This document shows positions 13,185-50,400 of a DNA stretch of 64,000 nucleotides, piece by piece. Origin of the DNA: Phoronis australis (lineage: Eukaryota; Animalia; Phoronida); the NCBI GenBank assembly GCA_002633005.1, contig NMRA01000584.1, positions 130,495-194,494 on the forward strand, in the 5' to 3' direction. The position numbers and the translations under genes were made by a program. The notes beneath the pieces were generated by a model that saw only the letters and a list, made by a program, of their open reading frames with translations, had not been told where the DNA came from and did no database searches. Within the stretch, counting starts at the first letter, position 1. Each line of letters opens with the position of its first letter.

Positions 13185-13790
13185 TCTCAGACTTACCGTT
13201 TTCGAGTTATTTGACTTTGAATTTCAAAAAACGGCAAATTTTCAATTTTTTCGATTTTTTATGATTTTTGCAAAACTATCACTTTAGATAGAGTTTTGAA
13301 CGGGCTTCCAGAAGATATTTTCCATTTTGCGCTACGACGTCTACTTTTTGAATTATTCGAGATTTTCGGATACCGTTGTTCCTTCGCGGTCACCTATGCA
13401 AGCACGCAGGTGACTGGCTTTCTGTTCACTTGGTTTTGGTTATGCCTAGTTGACCCCGACTGACCCAGCCAGCACTGTCCTACTGTAGACTGGAATTCCA
13501 GGCTAAATACTGACTTATTGTAAACACAACTTTGCTCTGCAGACTGTCACATAGCGCTACCTATTTTGGAATGTGGGAACAAAGCATGGCTCGTCCGTCA
13601 TGTTGCGCTATCTATTGTTCTTTATTGTTGTTGATTGTTTGCTCTCTGTTTGATTTCTTCGTTAGTCACATGAATGTTATCGTGTTATTCATAATTGCCG
13701 CCTTGATCGTCACGATTGTCGTCGTCCTCCCCATCGTCGTCTTTTCGATTAATTCCGCCAAGTGTCGCTTCTCCGGCGAGCGCTCTCGGT
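13185..13790. repeat. Dispersed repeat shared with 1985-2385 (blocks in a different order)
   Basis: CTCAGACTTACC.TTTTCGAGTTATTTGACTTTGAATTTC...TTAGATAGAGTTTTGAACGGGCTT and TTAATT.CGCCAAGTGTCGCT occur at both loci. Confidence 0.7.
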
Positions 13791-14549
13791 TTTATATTCC
13801 TAATTGTTATATCGTTTGTAACTCAGGCTCCGATTCCTCGGTCGTTATTTAACTATTTTCAGGAAATGTTACAATTACCGTTGTTTCCATCTTTGTTATC
13901 TCTTTTCAAATAATAAATTGTTACATTTAAAACTGATACTTTACTAAAGAAACATTGTAACCTAACTCCAAGTACGTGCACATAGGTGGTGATCAGCCAC
14001 ATGAACAGTCTGGTTGAAGTACTTAAAAGTCCGCCTAAAAATGAAAGGAACTTAGATTCGAAGCGGATGGGATAAATACAAAACGTACCTCGATTGGCGC
14101 ATTTCGGTCAAGGGCGATACGTGGAATAATGTCGAGATGGATATTACTTCATGTGTACGTCACTCGAGCCCGGTACGTTTTGTGTTGATATTTGTTAATT
14201 GATTTTTATCGGTCAATCTCGTGCAACTTATCTGCGGGAGAGTTTCTATATCCTCGGGCACGTTGTTACCTCGGTGAATATCAAAGATTTCAAATCATTC
14301 AATCATAGTTTTTACAAAATATTTCGAAAATGAAAAAAAAAACAAATTATTTCGACTTTCGAGTGACATTGTTGATTAATTTCTTAAAATAGCTTTCATC
14401 GATTTACTTGTCGAGAGTATATTTCTAGCACGATCAATTTCCGTTTTTTGACATGGACCGCGAGAAATTTTCACTCAAAGGACCTGCACAGTCACTAATT
14501 CCACCGTTCTTGCTCTCAAAAAGTGTACGTCAACTCCTCATTGATCACA

Positions 14550-15732
14550 AACAAGAGCAACGCGGAGCGTTGGAATGCGCCCACGAATGCATTGAAAATG
14601 GTGTGCTTTAAGGGTTATTTATTTGTATCCTAAAAATGGCCACTAGATGGCGCAAAAACATACAATCCATCCAAAAACAGGAACATGCCATATTTCATAG
14701 CTTTAGAGAAACAAAGGAAAACAGAATAAAACGAAATTGCCACTTGAGTGGGCAGTGTCCGTTGGATCCGCCTGAAAGTCGTCGTCGTCTGTTGTTATCT
14801 TCACATAAATACACTTACTAAATTTAGTAAAGATCCTGCACTGGGTTTAGGAGATACAACTATGGGCAAAACAAAACTACCAAAGTAGTCAATCACCATT
14901 ATCAAAGGTCGTCTTCACACTGAGAACAAATATGCCAATTTTCAAATGATTTGGTTGATACAGGGGTAGACACCAAAAACAAGATTTGAAAACAGCAAAA
15001 ATGGCCACAAGCTGGTGCAAAATACCTCGATTCCATCCAAAAACAGAAAGGTAGCGTCAAGCGTCACCACACCAATAGATGCCTATATTTAAAATTTTAT
15101 GAAAATCTGTTGAGGACCTTTGAAGATACTGAGTTAAACGTAAAAAAAACTAAAATTGCCACTAGGGGGCACAGCAGTAGTCAGATCTGTCCTAAAGTCG
15201 TCGTCATCCGTAGTGAACTTCATATAAATACACTTGCTAAATTAAGTAAAGATCCTGCGAACGGTTTAGAAGATACAGCCATAGACGCAACAAAAACAAA
15301 ACTGCCACTAAGAGGCGCCACAGTAGTCGAAATCGTCGGTAAATCATGGTCAACCGTCCTCTTTATAGTAAGCACATACATGCCAATTTTCACATTCATC
15401 TTTTGAGCGGTTTGGTAGATAGAGGGGTGCCTACATGTTAAATTTCATGAAAATCCGTTAAGGACTTTTGAAGATACAAAGTTAAACGTACAAATAAAAT
15501 AAAATTGCCACTAGGGGGCACACCGGTAGTCGGATCCCTCCGAACGTTCGCCCACTCATGCCGTCCCATTCATGAATGGAACATATGTGCCAAATTTCAT
15601 GAACGTATGTCAAAGGGTTTTGGAGATAGAGCAGCGGACGCCGGACACCAGACGGACGCCGCCCGGACGGATGGACGGACGGACGGAGATGACGGCATAA
15701 TGCGTCCACATATAAATTTGTGGGCGCATAAA
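14550..15732 (+). mobile_element. DINE-1/HINE-like non-autonomous Helentron, copy 1
   Basis: AACAAGAG start, subterminal ATGCGCCCAC, internal tandem subrepeats, (GGAC)n microsatellite, end hairpin TGCGTCCAC..GTGGGCGCAT followed by an A-run. Confidence 0.75.
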
Positions 15733-18356
15733 AAGGAATGTGGAATCGGAATTTCAGAATTCAACACATTCACACTGTTTTTGGCGGATCACTGAATCAA
15801 ACTTTGTTTTGAAATTCTGTTAAGGCCACTGGTATTAAAATACCAAAAATAGACTTACACGAATTTATCTCCGGCATTACTTAGTTTTTCGGAGGGTTTT
15901 CATGAAAACACTTCGATTTTTTACATGAATATATTGTGGTGTTCAGAACACGCAATGGCTCCTCGCAAACAGCCGAGACACCAGTAGGCCTAAACACCTA
16001 TAGACCTTCCCGGATGTTGAATCACTGCTTGGCATGGTAACCGTCATTCTGCAACCGTAATCGGCTACAGATTCCCGGTGATGGAATCAGACTCTAAGCG
16101 AAATGACGATCGGCCGTAAAACCAATCAGCACATTCAAGGTTATGTGGGACCTTATCGATTAGCATGCGTATTTAGCCAAATATTATAAAAATATAGATT
16201 TGAACTCAGTAACAATATATCATGGGCGGCGCACCACTTAATTCAGTGCTGCGCAGCCCACGGTTATATTTCCTGAACGTGATTACGTCACACCCTCAAG
16301 CAACTACTCCGAAAGCAGACAAAGTGGCGGTGTCCCATTCCCTAACGTTTTTGTTCAAACCGGGGAAACCCTTCTCGGTGAACCTCATGTCACAAGATCT
16401 GTGAACCACACAGATTAGTATATTAGCCGCTTGTGTTCTAAAGCAAAAATTAACAGTGAACTTTTGACCCATTGTTATTTCCCCAAGAGAAGCGACAAGG
16501 GTTAGATCCAATTAGATGTCGGAATATCCTAAACCCCAGGAAGTTGTTGTCACCCTTCCCGTGCCCAAATGCAAAGACACTGAACCGGCAAGTGTCCACA
16601 AACTAATCAATCCCCACGTCAGTGGCGAGAAATCGGGCTTCACCATATCAGCATAGGCCTATGTCGAAGGCCGTGATACTCCATCCAGTCAGGTCACACA
16701 CCGGTACATGTGCATGTATAGTATGTAATTACACTGTGCTATTATTGATCACAGCACACACGACTGGGCATCCAGTAAAAAGGTGTGCCTGGAATCATAC
16801 AAGAAATTGAATAGCAAGCCTACGCTGACACGGCTTTGTCCAATTCCAAGAATTCCGAACCGAAGACCATTAAAACGGTTAAATGAAAACGTAAATGAAT
16901 GGTCAAGGGACCGGTTGATTTAGCTTGGTGGGTTTATTGAAATCTACCCCTGCCTGCTCATCAAGGTTATGTATGGCTAACAATGAACCGAATGACAAAA
17001 AGAAGAAACGTTCCCAAGTGACGGACGCATCTTTCCAGAAATAAATAGGTTGATAGGATCGGATAGAATTTTTTTCGTAAATTTAACAGCAAGAAACGAT
17101 TTGGTTTTGCATGAATAAATTCGAAATGATGATAAAAAGAGAAGAGGAAACTAGAAATAAAAAACAGGCAGTCCTCTTAAAAATGGAAAATCACGAGTCC
17201 TGATCAGTGGTACGTGCATCCAACCACTTCACGCCTACATGATCGTGCTACCTACCGTTTGGTAATTTCACAATACACCAGTACGTGATGTCAATTACTC
17301 CGTAAACCAACTCATACACACCACTAGTGTTACTCATGGGTATAAATGCAAGTCACGCCTTAGTTTGCAAGCGCGCCCATATTACCATCGCTGACCGCTA
17401 TGGAACTGTCGACAGTAAATTACGCTTGTAAATAATCGGAGCAAAGACACGTTTCGCGTCCTTTTACGAACGCAATCGTTACGTCCAGTGAGAGATTATA
17501 GGTTATATATAGGCATAGGTCATGTGAACACTTGAAACGCCCGTAAAATTACGCTCCTCTAGTAGGCCTGAAGAACGACCAGCGTAAATATTTCGAGCAA
17601 TGATAGGCTATGCAGGGTCTTCAACGACAAGTCTGTTTACTCAGCCAAATATATACAAAACCGTAACTCAGTCAAAATAAGTTTCTGGAACGTACGAAAC
17701 TTCATTTTTGAGTTTATACAAACTACAACCACTTGGGACTGGGTCTAGTTTTTTGTAAAATTTAGCGAAACATAAAGGGATATTCATGGCCAAACAACGA
17801 AATCAATAACATGAGAAAATTTCAGTTGATATAAATGTCCGAGATAACACCTAAGAAACGCTGCTACGGATTCCTAATTAATCACTTGGGTTTTCGTTTT
17901 ATACAATTTCTCATTTGTTCATAAAAATCGTAGAAGTCCTATTTTCGATAGCCTCTCATGCAAAAAGCGAAACATTTAATTTCTCACAGCGTTTTGGAAT
18001 ACAAAGGCATGATAAAGCATAGCATCTAAAAGTTTCATATGAATCCAATCGGCAATTACTGCGATGTTCTGAAGGTAGCCATATTTGGTCATTTCATAAG
18101 GGGTCCTACACAACCTCTGAAGCCATTAATTTACGCTTGTAAATAACCTCACAGCTCCACTCTCGTAATTTAAGCTCGTGAAGCAAGCTGACAAAACGCG
18201 GCTGCGTAACTTACGAGCGTAATCTATTCCGAGTGACACTTTCCACCAGGTGAAAGCCAGTAGAACAAATTAAACGTAACTGATGTCATCAATATGAGAT
18301 ACAACTAAAATAGCTTCAGAGAAATGTTATACAGAATAACTGGGACTCGTGACTAG

Positions 18357-18362
18357 TTTATT
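18357..18362 (-). terminator. Candidate polyadenylation signal (AATAAA) of RNF121
   Basis: AATAAA on the minus strand about 175 nt after the stop codon. Confidence 0.35.
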
Positions 18363-18537
18363 TTTTGTTTTAATTAATTCCTTTTGACTTAAATATATCT
18401 AACAGGAATCAAAAACATTCACAGTCTCCCGTTTTTTAAAATATTACAATACACATAGCAGAGAAGGTTTACACGCCGTCTGATAACCATGTGTAGGAGG
18501 ACATAAATCAACAACAATCTAATGTAGTGAATTATGG

Positions 18538-40749
<22,212 letters not shown>

Positions 40750-41373
40750 TTTGAAAGTAGCGCTCTCTGTTGTCGTATTCCGTAGACCCAAGCCACTTGT
40801 GTAATACAAACAGAACATGGGCTTGCATCGCATTGCACTATCTCGCAAAACCTGCGAGAGTTTCATTTGTTGCGAGTTTCTTGCTTTTATGGAACGCAGC
40901 TCTAATGTTATTTTGTGGCACCCGAGAGTGACTGAATTAATTTTAAACAAAAATATCTTTCGGTTGTGTGACGGTTTGAAACAGGAAAATTGTACGGCAA
41001 ATTTTATCTAGATACATGCATCCACAACTTTTGCTGATCAATTTAAGGGTGTGTTCGGCGTTTTTACCTTTCGTTGAATAAGAGTATCAAAATGCAAATC
41101 GGGTCAACCAAAATATTTTCACCTCATTGTCTTTCCATGGCAGATTTTTATTTGGTTAATTTATTAAATAATACGCGTGATATTTATTATATTGCACATT
41201 GTCACCTATCAAGACAAAAATGGCGAGTACATAACGCAAGAGGGATGAATTCTCTTTTCCCATGTCGTTATGGAATTAGCATTTTGTCAAAACCTTGTCA
41301 GGTGGCAAAACTTTTGAAGACATTTCAAAAGGCGGTTTAATTTGGGCACTTAGTCAGACACATTCCATTCAAA
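40750..41373. promoter_or_regulatory. Bidirectional promoter and 5'UTRs shared by RNF121 and the Jupiter-like gene
   Basis: Divergent ATGs 624 bp apart; YY1-like AAAATGGCG at about 41217-41225; TCTCGC...GCGAGA quasi-palindrome at about 40841-40859. Confidence 0.65.
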
Positions 41374-41426
41374 ATGACTACAACTAACGTGTATCAAGGA
41401 CGCGCGTTGGACAGAAACACATCAAG
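41374..41426 (+). CDS. Jupiter: Jupiter-like exon 1 (MTTTNVYQGRALDRNTSR)
   Basis: caaaATG start and AAG|GTAAAA donor, phase 2. Confidence 0.85.
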
Positions 41427-44400
41427 GTAAAATACTGAATTTGAATCTTGTAAGTTCGCTGTCTTACAGGTGCTGACAGCGGCAGGACCCAGACATGAAA
41501 GTTGACGGCCAAGCTTGGTTGTCACCCCGCTGCGCGCGGGCCCCTCCAGAAGCACATCTACAACAATTTCATATAAATCGCATTAGAGAGGGAGGGAGAG
41601 AGAGAGAGAGATTTCTCGGTTTGCGGTAATTGTTTACAATTGACTTACACAAATGATTTTGGTATTGTTCGATTCCTTGCAACGTTATCTTTCTGAAGTC
41701 AACTAATTTTTTTCCACCCTGCTCCCTTACTATTTTATCGTGAAATTTCGGATCGGACTATTTCCCGGTACTCGGTAGTAACACCGCCATGTTGAATGGA
41801 AGGAGTCACCTGGCGTTCAAAAACTGATCTAATTTACCCACTTCTGCAGATTGTCGCTTTTCATAAGTTCAAATTGACCGAAACCCGTCTATCTCCTGCT
41901 TGAGTTACGGTCCTAAGGGTTCGAATTCGATCCTATGGTGACCCTGGTACGCATCTGCTAGCAAGAATCCGCGAAAAAGCGGAAGTTGTTTTTGAGGTCC
42001 CAATTGGTGAACAGGGTTTCACTTCAAACAATTTTCGTGGAAAAATCTGCTACTTGTTCCTCCATATTATGTCGGGGAAACTAGTGCTAATCTCGCGCGG
42101 GCAAGTCCATTCAGAATCAATGATGCTGTTTCATTCATTAACAACATGTGTCGCTGCAATCTTGAGTTGAGCTAACATGGCGGTGTCAATCGGGAAATAG
42201 TGCGACCCGAAATTCAACAATAAAATACGGAGGAATCGCAGTAGGGGAAACATTCATATATTTTTGGAAAGATATCGTTGAGAGGAATCGAACGATACCA
42301 AAATCATTTGTGTAAGTCAATGTCGTCATATTGTAAACAATTATCCGGTTTGCTTCAAGGAAGCCTATTGCGTTACTTTTATTAGAGGCAAATCACGGAT
42401 CAGTGCTGTTAAAGTGCTCTTGGCAATCGTCAAGCCCTCAGGCTCAAAAAAGTCAACTTGACTCTTAGACATTCATTACCTCTATCTGTCCGTCTCTATC
42501 TCAACTGGCCACAGTACACCGTCTCAACTGACTCCATTAGATACAGGAATCATCCCAAAGACCTTCCATATGCCGAAAGCTTTTTCGATGAATTATGCCT
42601 CACACATAGGCACCTTAATCAGCCCCTCAACGATAGTCCTTCGTTCATCCGAGGAAGGGTGACTGCCTGTGCCTTTTGAGAGGGAAATTTTTTGGAGTGA
42701 GGGTACCTCCCAATCACCACCAATAGCGTCCCCCACACTGTTGTAAGCCCTCATACTCACATAAGCTAGATGCCTCAAGTAGCCTAAATTAACTTTTTGT
42801 GCTCCCTCAATTATTGTCACCTGTGTGAGTTACAAGTGCCTCCAACCTCGAGGGGATTTTTTCAATCACTTGAGGGGAATTTTCGGGCCTCATGAGGGGA
42901 AATTCTAGTGATTTTTCAGAGGGCAATGGAGTGGATATTTTTCCCAAAATCAAGGGATTGAGAGAGCCCTGACATACTACAATAAAGAGAATTAAATTCT
43001 CAGCAGGACCAAAAATAAACTCAAACTTACGACAGAACCTATACTTTATCATGTCAGGACCAAAAATTTACCACGCCAGGACACAAAATTCATTACGTCA
43101 GGAAAATTCACACGTCAGAAAAATTCCGTGCCAGGAGACATGACCATCCACAAGCAAGTGACAGTGACCCCTCAGAGATGACACAATAGGTACACAATGT
43201 CTTGCCGACGACGGTCACATTATCCTGACAATGTTTTACAACAGATGCCACACTAGATATGCCTGAGTATTAGAGACACAGCGTATCGTCATTGTCGCAT
43301 GGTCTCTTGGCATAAAATTTCCTCCTAGCTTGAAATTTTCTCGTGACAAGAAACGATGTCCTGGCGTGATAAATTAGTAGGTTCTGGCGCCATAAATTCT
43401 GGTTTTGATTAAATATTTTTGGTTCTGCATAGCAAATTTGTGTCCTGCAATTTTTTCCGCTTTGGTTTTCCATATGTTAGGCACGAGACGGTCAAGGTAA
43501 AAAGCTATCAACTTCAAACAAAATAGAGTTAAAAATGACAAATCTAGTTGGAGCATTCTAGTCGGTCTATAGCAAAATCGGGAAGTGTCACCTCACTATC
43601 ACTAAATTCTAATGTTTCCTGGCCAATTTTATTTTATGCTTTAAAACCCAATTCCTTTTATACATATGGTTGCTAATTACTTTAGACTTTATTTACAATT
43701 CTTTTGTTTTGATTTATTAATTATTTTCTATGTGTGAAGAGCTTATTTGGATAATTCCATTTGTGACGGACGTACAATCAGAGAAGGTTTTAATCAATTG
43801 TGAAAAATCTTAATACTGGGAAAATAATTAATACACCAATTGATAGGTCTCATTGATAGCTTTCAAAGTGTGTAATCTATCAACTTTTCCCCTATCTTTT
43901 TATCTGACTGAGAAAATTGCCTTTAAAGGGGTGTGAGGAACGTACACAGAGAATTTGAATTTTTGCAAAATAAATTTTAATGTTACCGTATTCGCCTTAA
44001 TAACCGCCCAGGGCGCTTAGAAAAGTTTGGTTCAGGGGGGGCGCTTATTATAACCCAAGGTGGTTGAAACCCGGTCTCCGAAACGGGTGAAATCGGAAGC
44101 TAAGATTCATCAAATTTACGCTCTGTGACAGATATGTAATCTATGAAAGACTTTCAACAAAACTGTGGTGCATTGCTATCAAACTGTGCTGCTGAATTAC
44201 GATCACTGTACAGAAAATTGTGCTGAAATCCTAGGATGAAAACTCGCCAACTGACTGCCTCTAAATCGCGGTCTTCGATATGGCGACTTTAGTGCTTGAA
44301 TAAAAATGGTTTCGACTCAAGCAAATTACCTGAAATCCTCATTAAGTTTTATAAGTAGCGTCTCTAAGATTTTTTAAGTTCCCGTGGAGTCTGGGTTAAC

Positions 44401-47400
44401 GGCAGGTTTAAGTACAAATCTGCAACATCGTGCCATCTACATGCATGATTGGCAACACGGCGAGAAAAATGTCTGAACGAACACACATGTTGTTGTCTTG
44501 TGACGTTTGTTTTGAAGTTCGTCTGCGACTAAGCGAGCGCGTGCGTGTCACCAGAGTTTATTTGCCAAAGCAGACCGTCTTTTGCCCAGAGCCACACAAT
44601 CTAACTAGCTAGATGTGTCTAAAGAAATTTGCACAAGCAGTAGGCCTAAACCAGAGCGTATTTCATTCAGCACTTGCCGGTCTCGTGCTAAAAACTTTCG
44701 ACATTTGTCTCGGTAAGGCCCATATTAGTCGCCGTGTAGCTGGATGCTATCTGACAGTTATTTTCGGTGTAAGGGTGTGTAAGCATTCACTGTCAGTTGT
44801 CATTTTATCGGATATTCGGCTCAAAAACGCCAATTATGGTTAATCAAACAATCCATCTCAAAAATAACGCAAACATGTTTTATAGTATTAGAAATTGTCG
44901 GAAATTAGTGCCAACATTCATTTCTTATCGATGCTATGCTACCCGTTTCATGAATGGATAGTTCCTGACTAATGTCTTTGATGACAAGTTCATGTATGTA
45001 GCGCGCGCTTCCTGGCCACGTGCGTTTAACACCGAGTTATTTTTGTTCATGAGACAGTCGATGTGTTTACTGAAGGGTCAGACCATAGTGAGACACGGTC
45101 GTCGCGAGAGCGTAGCGACGCTGTTGCGTTCTTTTTGAAGCGCTGCGTTACTTTGAAGTGTAAAGTCACGGCTAAATACAAAAGTAGCAGTGCCGCTGGT
45201 GGTCTAGAAGACCCGTGTAAAAACTTTTTGATAAATTGACGTTACTGTAGCCGAGTTTTAGGACTGTAGGTACGTCATTGTTCGCATGTACATGTTCATG
45301 GACTATTTCAGCAAAGTCTGAAAACGCGTGGGGGGGCGCTTATAGGGGCATGGGCGGTTATTACGGCGAATACGGTAATTTTCTGTGAGTTGCATTGAGT
45401 TACATTTTTTGTTTTATATGATAATTTAGCACTGTACAACACCCTGTTTTTTATGATATCTTCTAAAAAATTTTGCCAGACAGCTCACTGTAATTTGAGT
45501 TAGTGTGACAGACATACGTGACAGACGTATGCTCTGAATTTCTAGTATTACATTGTTTGTTGTGACTAAGATCAATTCAGAATGATTCAAACTTTTGCAG
45601 TATTTAAGCTGCCTTGGTGTTTTGCTACTGATTCGATGTTTTTAGTTAAAATGTACCGACTGACATTTTGAATGAAATCATCACAGGTAGGCCTATGCTA
45701 GGAATATACTCTAGGATTTTAACGTTTCATTACATTTGATTAATGATATAAAACAATCCACTAAAATCTTCACTTCCCTTTGAAGATGGTAAACAATATA
45801 GATGGGAATGACAGTGATAATCATTTTGTATTTGAATGCGTGCCACTGTGTGATACCTGCGTGCCGGCTGGGCTAAGTACGCAGGGAAGCAGCGAGTTCC
45901 TCACTCCTGACACAAAAATGGAAGCGCTCAACCAAAAGCAAGAGCGCAAGAAATCAACTTGTCATTAATCGGAAGTCAAACATTCTGTCCACATCCACGG
46001 GGTCAAAAACTTATTCTTTGAACTTTTGATTTGCCTGGTGACTTTTTACATGATGTGTGTTTGCTTCATTATTTTGGCAGCCACGGAGCACCCCTGTGCA
46101 TAATAGTAATATCCTCCCATTGTTGAGTACGTGCTTTAAACCAGTGCAGTTTTGGCTTTGAACTAAAAAAGAAATATACAATGTATATATATAAAATTTA
46201 TGTTGTTCAAACTAAATTCAACGTACTCAGTTAGAAAATGTGTCAATCATTAGCACCTGTTTGGTTGCCTAGGTGTACAGCGGAAAATAAATCTTTACAA
46301 AATCAAGTGCTATCCCTTACAAATACACTACGAACTAGCAGAATCTTGCTTGATCTGTCTTTTCTCTCAAGAAACTTGCCCTACTGAACGCTGCTCGCCC
46401 AGCACCATTTTTACTCACATTGGCGACTAGGCAAGTGGCTGAGGATATCCCTGACAGTGTTATCATACAAGCCATCCAATGACCAAAGACATTGACAAAC
46501 ACAGGTGACTACAGTCGGTGAGGGTGTGACAACATGCTTAATAAAGTAGGTGATGGGTTCCTACCACTTAAAAATGCCCAGTATCAGCTTTTTCAAAACA
46601 AAAATGCATAGCAGGTCAGAACAGAAATAACATGTTGATTCCAGCGCAAAAGCAACTTGACATGTATTCCTTTTGGTCACTTGTTTTTTATACTCTAGAG
46701 CACCTGAGGAATTCTTTTGTATGAATATTTTTGCATCTTGAATTTTCCAAAAGCTAAACAATTTACAAACATGAGACACCAACAGAAAATCCAGAAGTTC
46801 ATTAAATTATCATTTCGTTTTATTTACCTTTTATAATGTGATCCATCTGTCTGATTTTGTTAAGTTGTACTAAGAATAACTAGATGACATTGTAAGATAT
46901 AACTGTTCAGCAAATACTTTTGAAATTAAAAAAGGCCAATGCATCTAGTTTAAATATGTAGCAACTTCACTTAATTTTAAAGCTGCCTTTGTAATATTTA
47001 ATCATAAGGTTCTCTTGTGTGAGATAAATTTTATCTTCTGCAAGTTTAGAAAGTAAAACTATAGACCTAATTCACGCTGACAGGAGGTGCGTTCTAAAAT
47101 GAGGCTCGCTACGATATTTCTGTTGGCTTACCGGCATAGTTGTATTCCGCGTTGCTCAAACGGCTAGAACACGGATGTTGAACTGTCTGTTTTACAATCC
47201 CTAAGGGCGTTGATATTCGGAAGCGTTGGGTCATTGCCATACGCCGCAATGATGGAAAATATGTCCTTGTGAAATTTATAAATGTTTTTGAAAAGTTGGA
47301 TCATATTTTGTCACACATTTTGGATCAGGTGGTTGTGGTAAATAATTGTTAGCATTCAGGTAAAACTTCTGCAGAGAATTCTAATTTGATGTGAACTCCT

Positions 47401-50400
47401 ATTTGTCACGCTTTTCTTTCCAAGTAGAAAGTCAAAAGTGTATTTTCCTCTTGCCTGATAACACTGGTTGCTTGCTGTTATGTTGAGCAGGTTGCTGTGT
47501 TAGTGGTTATTTTATTAATAGCTCCCCTGTTTGTAGAGCCTTGGCATGCTTAGACTAGGATTCCAAGCAGTGATACTGCTTAACATAAATCATGTTCAAT
47601 TATTGATTTGCTAGCAGGCACGCCTTGTTGTTTTCAACTGTAGGAAGCTAGGAATCCAAAAGCAGGTTCTATGATCTTTATTGTTATTCTGTGTTAAAGG
47701 GTCAGGTTTCCCACCGGACTTGGCTTCTAAGTGCAGTAGGATTGTTTGCTTAGACCTTGTGATTCTCAAAATCCTGTGTACTTACACAGAGTAGACCTTG
47801 TATCAGTGGAGGAATTCCTTCCTGTGTTTAAGCATCCGAGGCTGCCTGCCCTTCATCTGGATAGGTTATAGGGTCTTGGTTGGCTAATCTGTCAATCAAT
47901 ATTGTTTGATATCGAAGGCTCTGTATGGCAGCATGTTCTGCAGAAAAATGCACACCAACTGGTGTTTTCAAGATGTACAGGATGTCTAGTAATGAAATTT
48001 CTTATATTACATACCAGGCTGGGTTAGAACTTCAATTTTAATCTCTCTTGCACATGTTTGTTTGCACTTTAGGTTTTTGAACTAATCTTTGAAACTTGAA
48101 GCAAAACCAAGCTCTGTTCATGTTTAAACATAGTAAATGAAATATTTGCAAGTAGTTCTGTAGCTATGTGCTTCTGTCTCAAAGTCCAGAATTAAAGTTT
48201 GCAAAATCAGGGACACCCTGCTGATTAACCTGTGCTTAATTCCAAGTCACCATTGGGTAAATATTGATCCATTCTTGGACCTTTTTGTCTTTTACAATTC
48301 CTGATGGAAAGAAATCCATGCAAGTTTGACCTCTCATTATGGCCGTAGTTTATTGAGCATTTGGCATCTTGGTTGAAGTGATAGCTTATCACCACATAGT
48401 GCTCAGTGTAGAGTCTTCCAAATTATATGTTTGTCTCCAAGAGTGTTCATTGTTTGTGGTCAATCAATGTTTGAATTATTAAGCGACTGAAATGTAGTTT
48501 GTTTCTGTGATTTATTTGTCTACAGTACCAAGGTACCTAAACTACACTGTTAAGGGACTCATAAACACGGTCACGGATGTATGAACATGACTCACGAACC
48601 TGCAAACACCGTCCACTGACTCACAAACACGGGAATGGACTCACAAAACACGATCCATTCACCCAAATACAGGGGACACAGACTCATGTTCACGAGGAAA
48701 CACTGTTAACGGACCGCCAAACACTCATCGGCTTCCTGGCTCGGCTGACATCTACATTTTGTCCGTAAACCGTGTTTAGCGGTCCGTTAACCGTGTTTCT
48801 TCGTGAATGTGAGTCCGTGTCCCGTGTATTTGGGTGAATGGATCGTGCTTTGTAAGTCCGTTCCGGTGTTTGTGAGACAGTGGACGGTGTTAGCAGGTCC
48901 GTGAGTCGTGTTCATGTGTCCGTGACCGTGTTTATGAGTCCGTTAACGGTGTAGTTTAGGTACCTTGAGTACTAAATAGGTTTCAGTAATAAGAAATGGG
49001 TCATGCTGCTTGTTGGCTGTTCTGTTCTTGAGTATTTACTAGAGGGTAGTAGACAACAAATGAGCACAAGCCTCACACACAGTTTTTAGAATATTAGAGT
49101 GACCTAGTTTTGAGAACATCTCAACAAGCTGAACAAAAATAATTGTCAAAATTACTCTTTCTTCATTTGTCATTTGTCATTTGCCTCTAACGTTGTGAAT
49201 GCCCTCACGTTTTCAAGATGTCTAGTGGTACCTATGCCGTGGTAAAAAACAAATTGTAAAAGCATAGATTTTGTGTTAGATATAATTATGGAAAGATGAG
49301 AAAAAAATTCACTAGTACACCATATTGTGTCCAGAAGTGCTGAGATTTAGGAGCATCTCTGGTGACTTGTAATAATTAGGTCAAGTCTAAATGGTCATAA
49401 ATAACTTGAAACCTTGAATAGAGTGACCTCTCCAGGCAGTGGCTGAATAGAGTGACCTCTCCAGGCAGTGGCTCAGTCAGTACCACTTTGCCTTTGCTCA
49501 TATCAAGGATTTTTGTTGTGAACTCAGAGAGCCCTAGATTTCTTGGCCAAACTTCGGCCCCATTCTCCTCTGAAAAATCCCATGAAATTCCCATCATGAG
49601 GCCCAAAAATTTCTCTCAAGTTATTGAAAAATTCACCTCGATGTTCAAATCACTTGTAACAGACACACGTGACACTTTGAATGAGCGCAAAAAGTTAGTT
49701 GTGACTACTTGAGGCAGAACCTGTGAGGGCTTGTAACAGGGGTGAGAGGCCGTTATTGGTGGTGATTGAAGGGTAGAATTTTCCTCTCCCCAAAATTCCG
49801 CTCAGAAGACATAGGCAACTTTACCCAGGGTGATCGACTGCCTTGATTCAGATAGTATAATTTACAACTTAGAATTCACTGCCATCTTATAACCATGCAG
49901 TTCATGATCTAAAAAATTAACGACAACATCCAGGTTTTGAAATGTAAGCATGCACCAGCTTCAGTAACACATTTGCTTCACAGGGAAGTGGGAGTAGAGT
50001 TGCCTACACTAGGTACAGGCAACAGATTCATCTTGACAAACACGTTATAATGTAGCATGAAAGCCTGTTCAAAACTTCCTTTAATCTTGATTTACCCCTG
50101 ACACAGGATTTTTAATACGAATGTGGACTGATCCAAGGGTGATGTCAGGTTACGTGGACCGAGGATGAGCAATATTGCCTGATGGCATAGTCCGGGAACA
50201 ATATTGTTCTCCCGAGGTTGGTCCATATGACCTGAAACTTCCAAGGAATCAGACAACAACCACTGGTGCTTCTTTCTGTTGTTTTTTGTCTCTAATTAGA
50301 TAAGCTTCTTCTCACCTGCTTTGATGTACTAACATCGTCTGCTCTCTTTGTGGTCAGGGTTTCTGGTTTCTGCAGTATCTGATTGGTCAGATCGCGAATA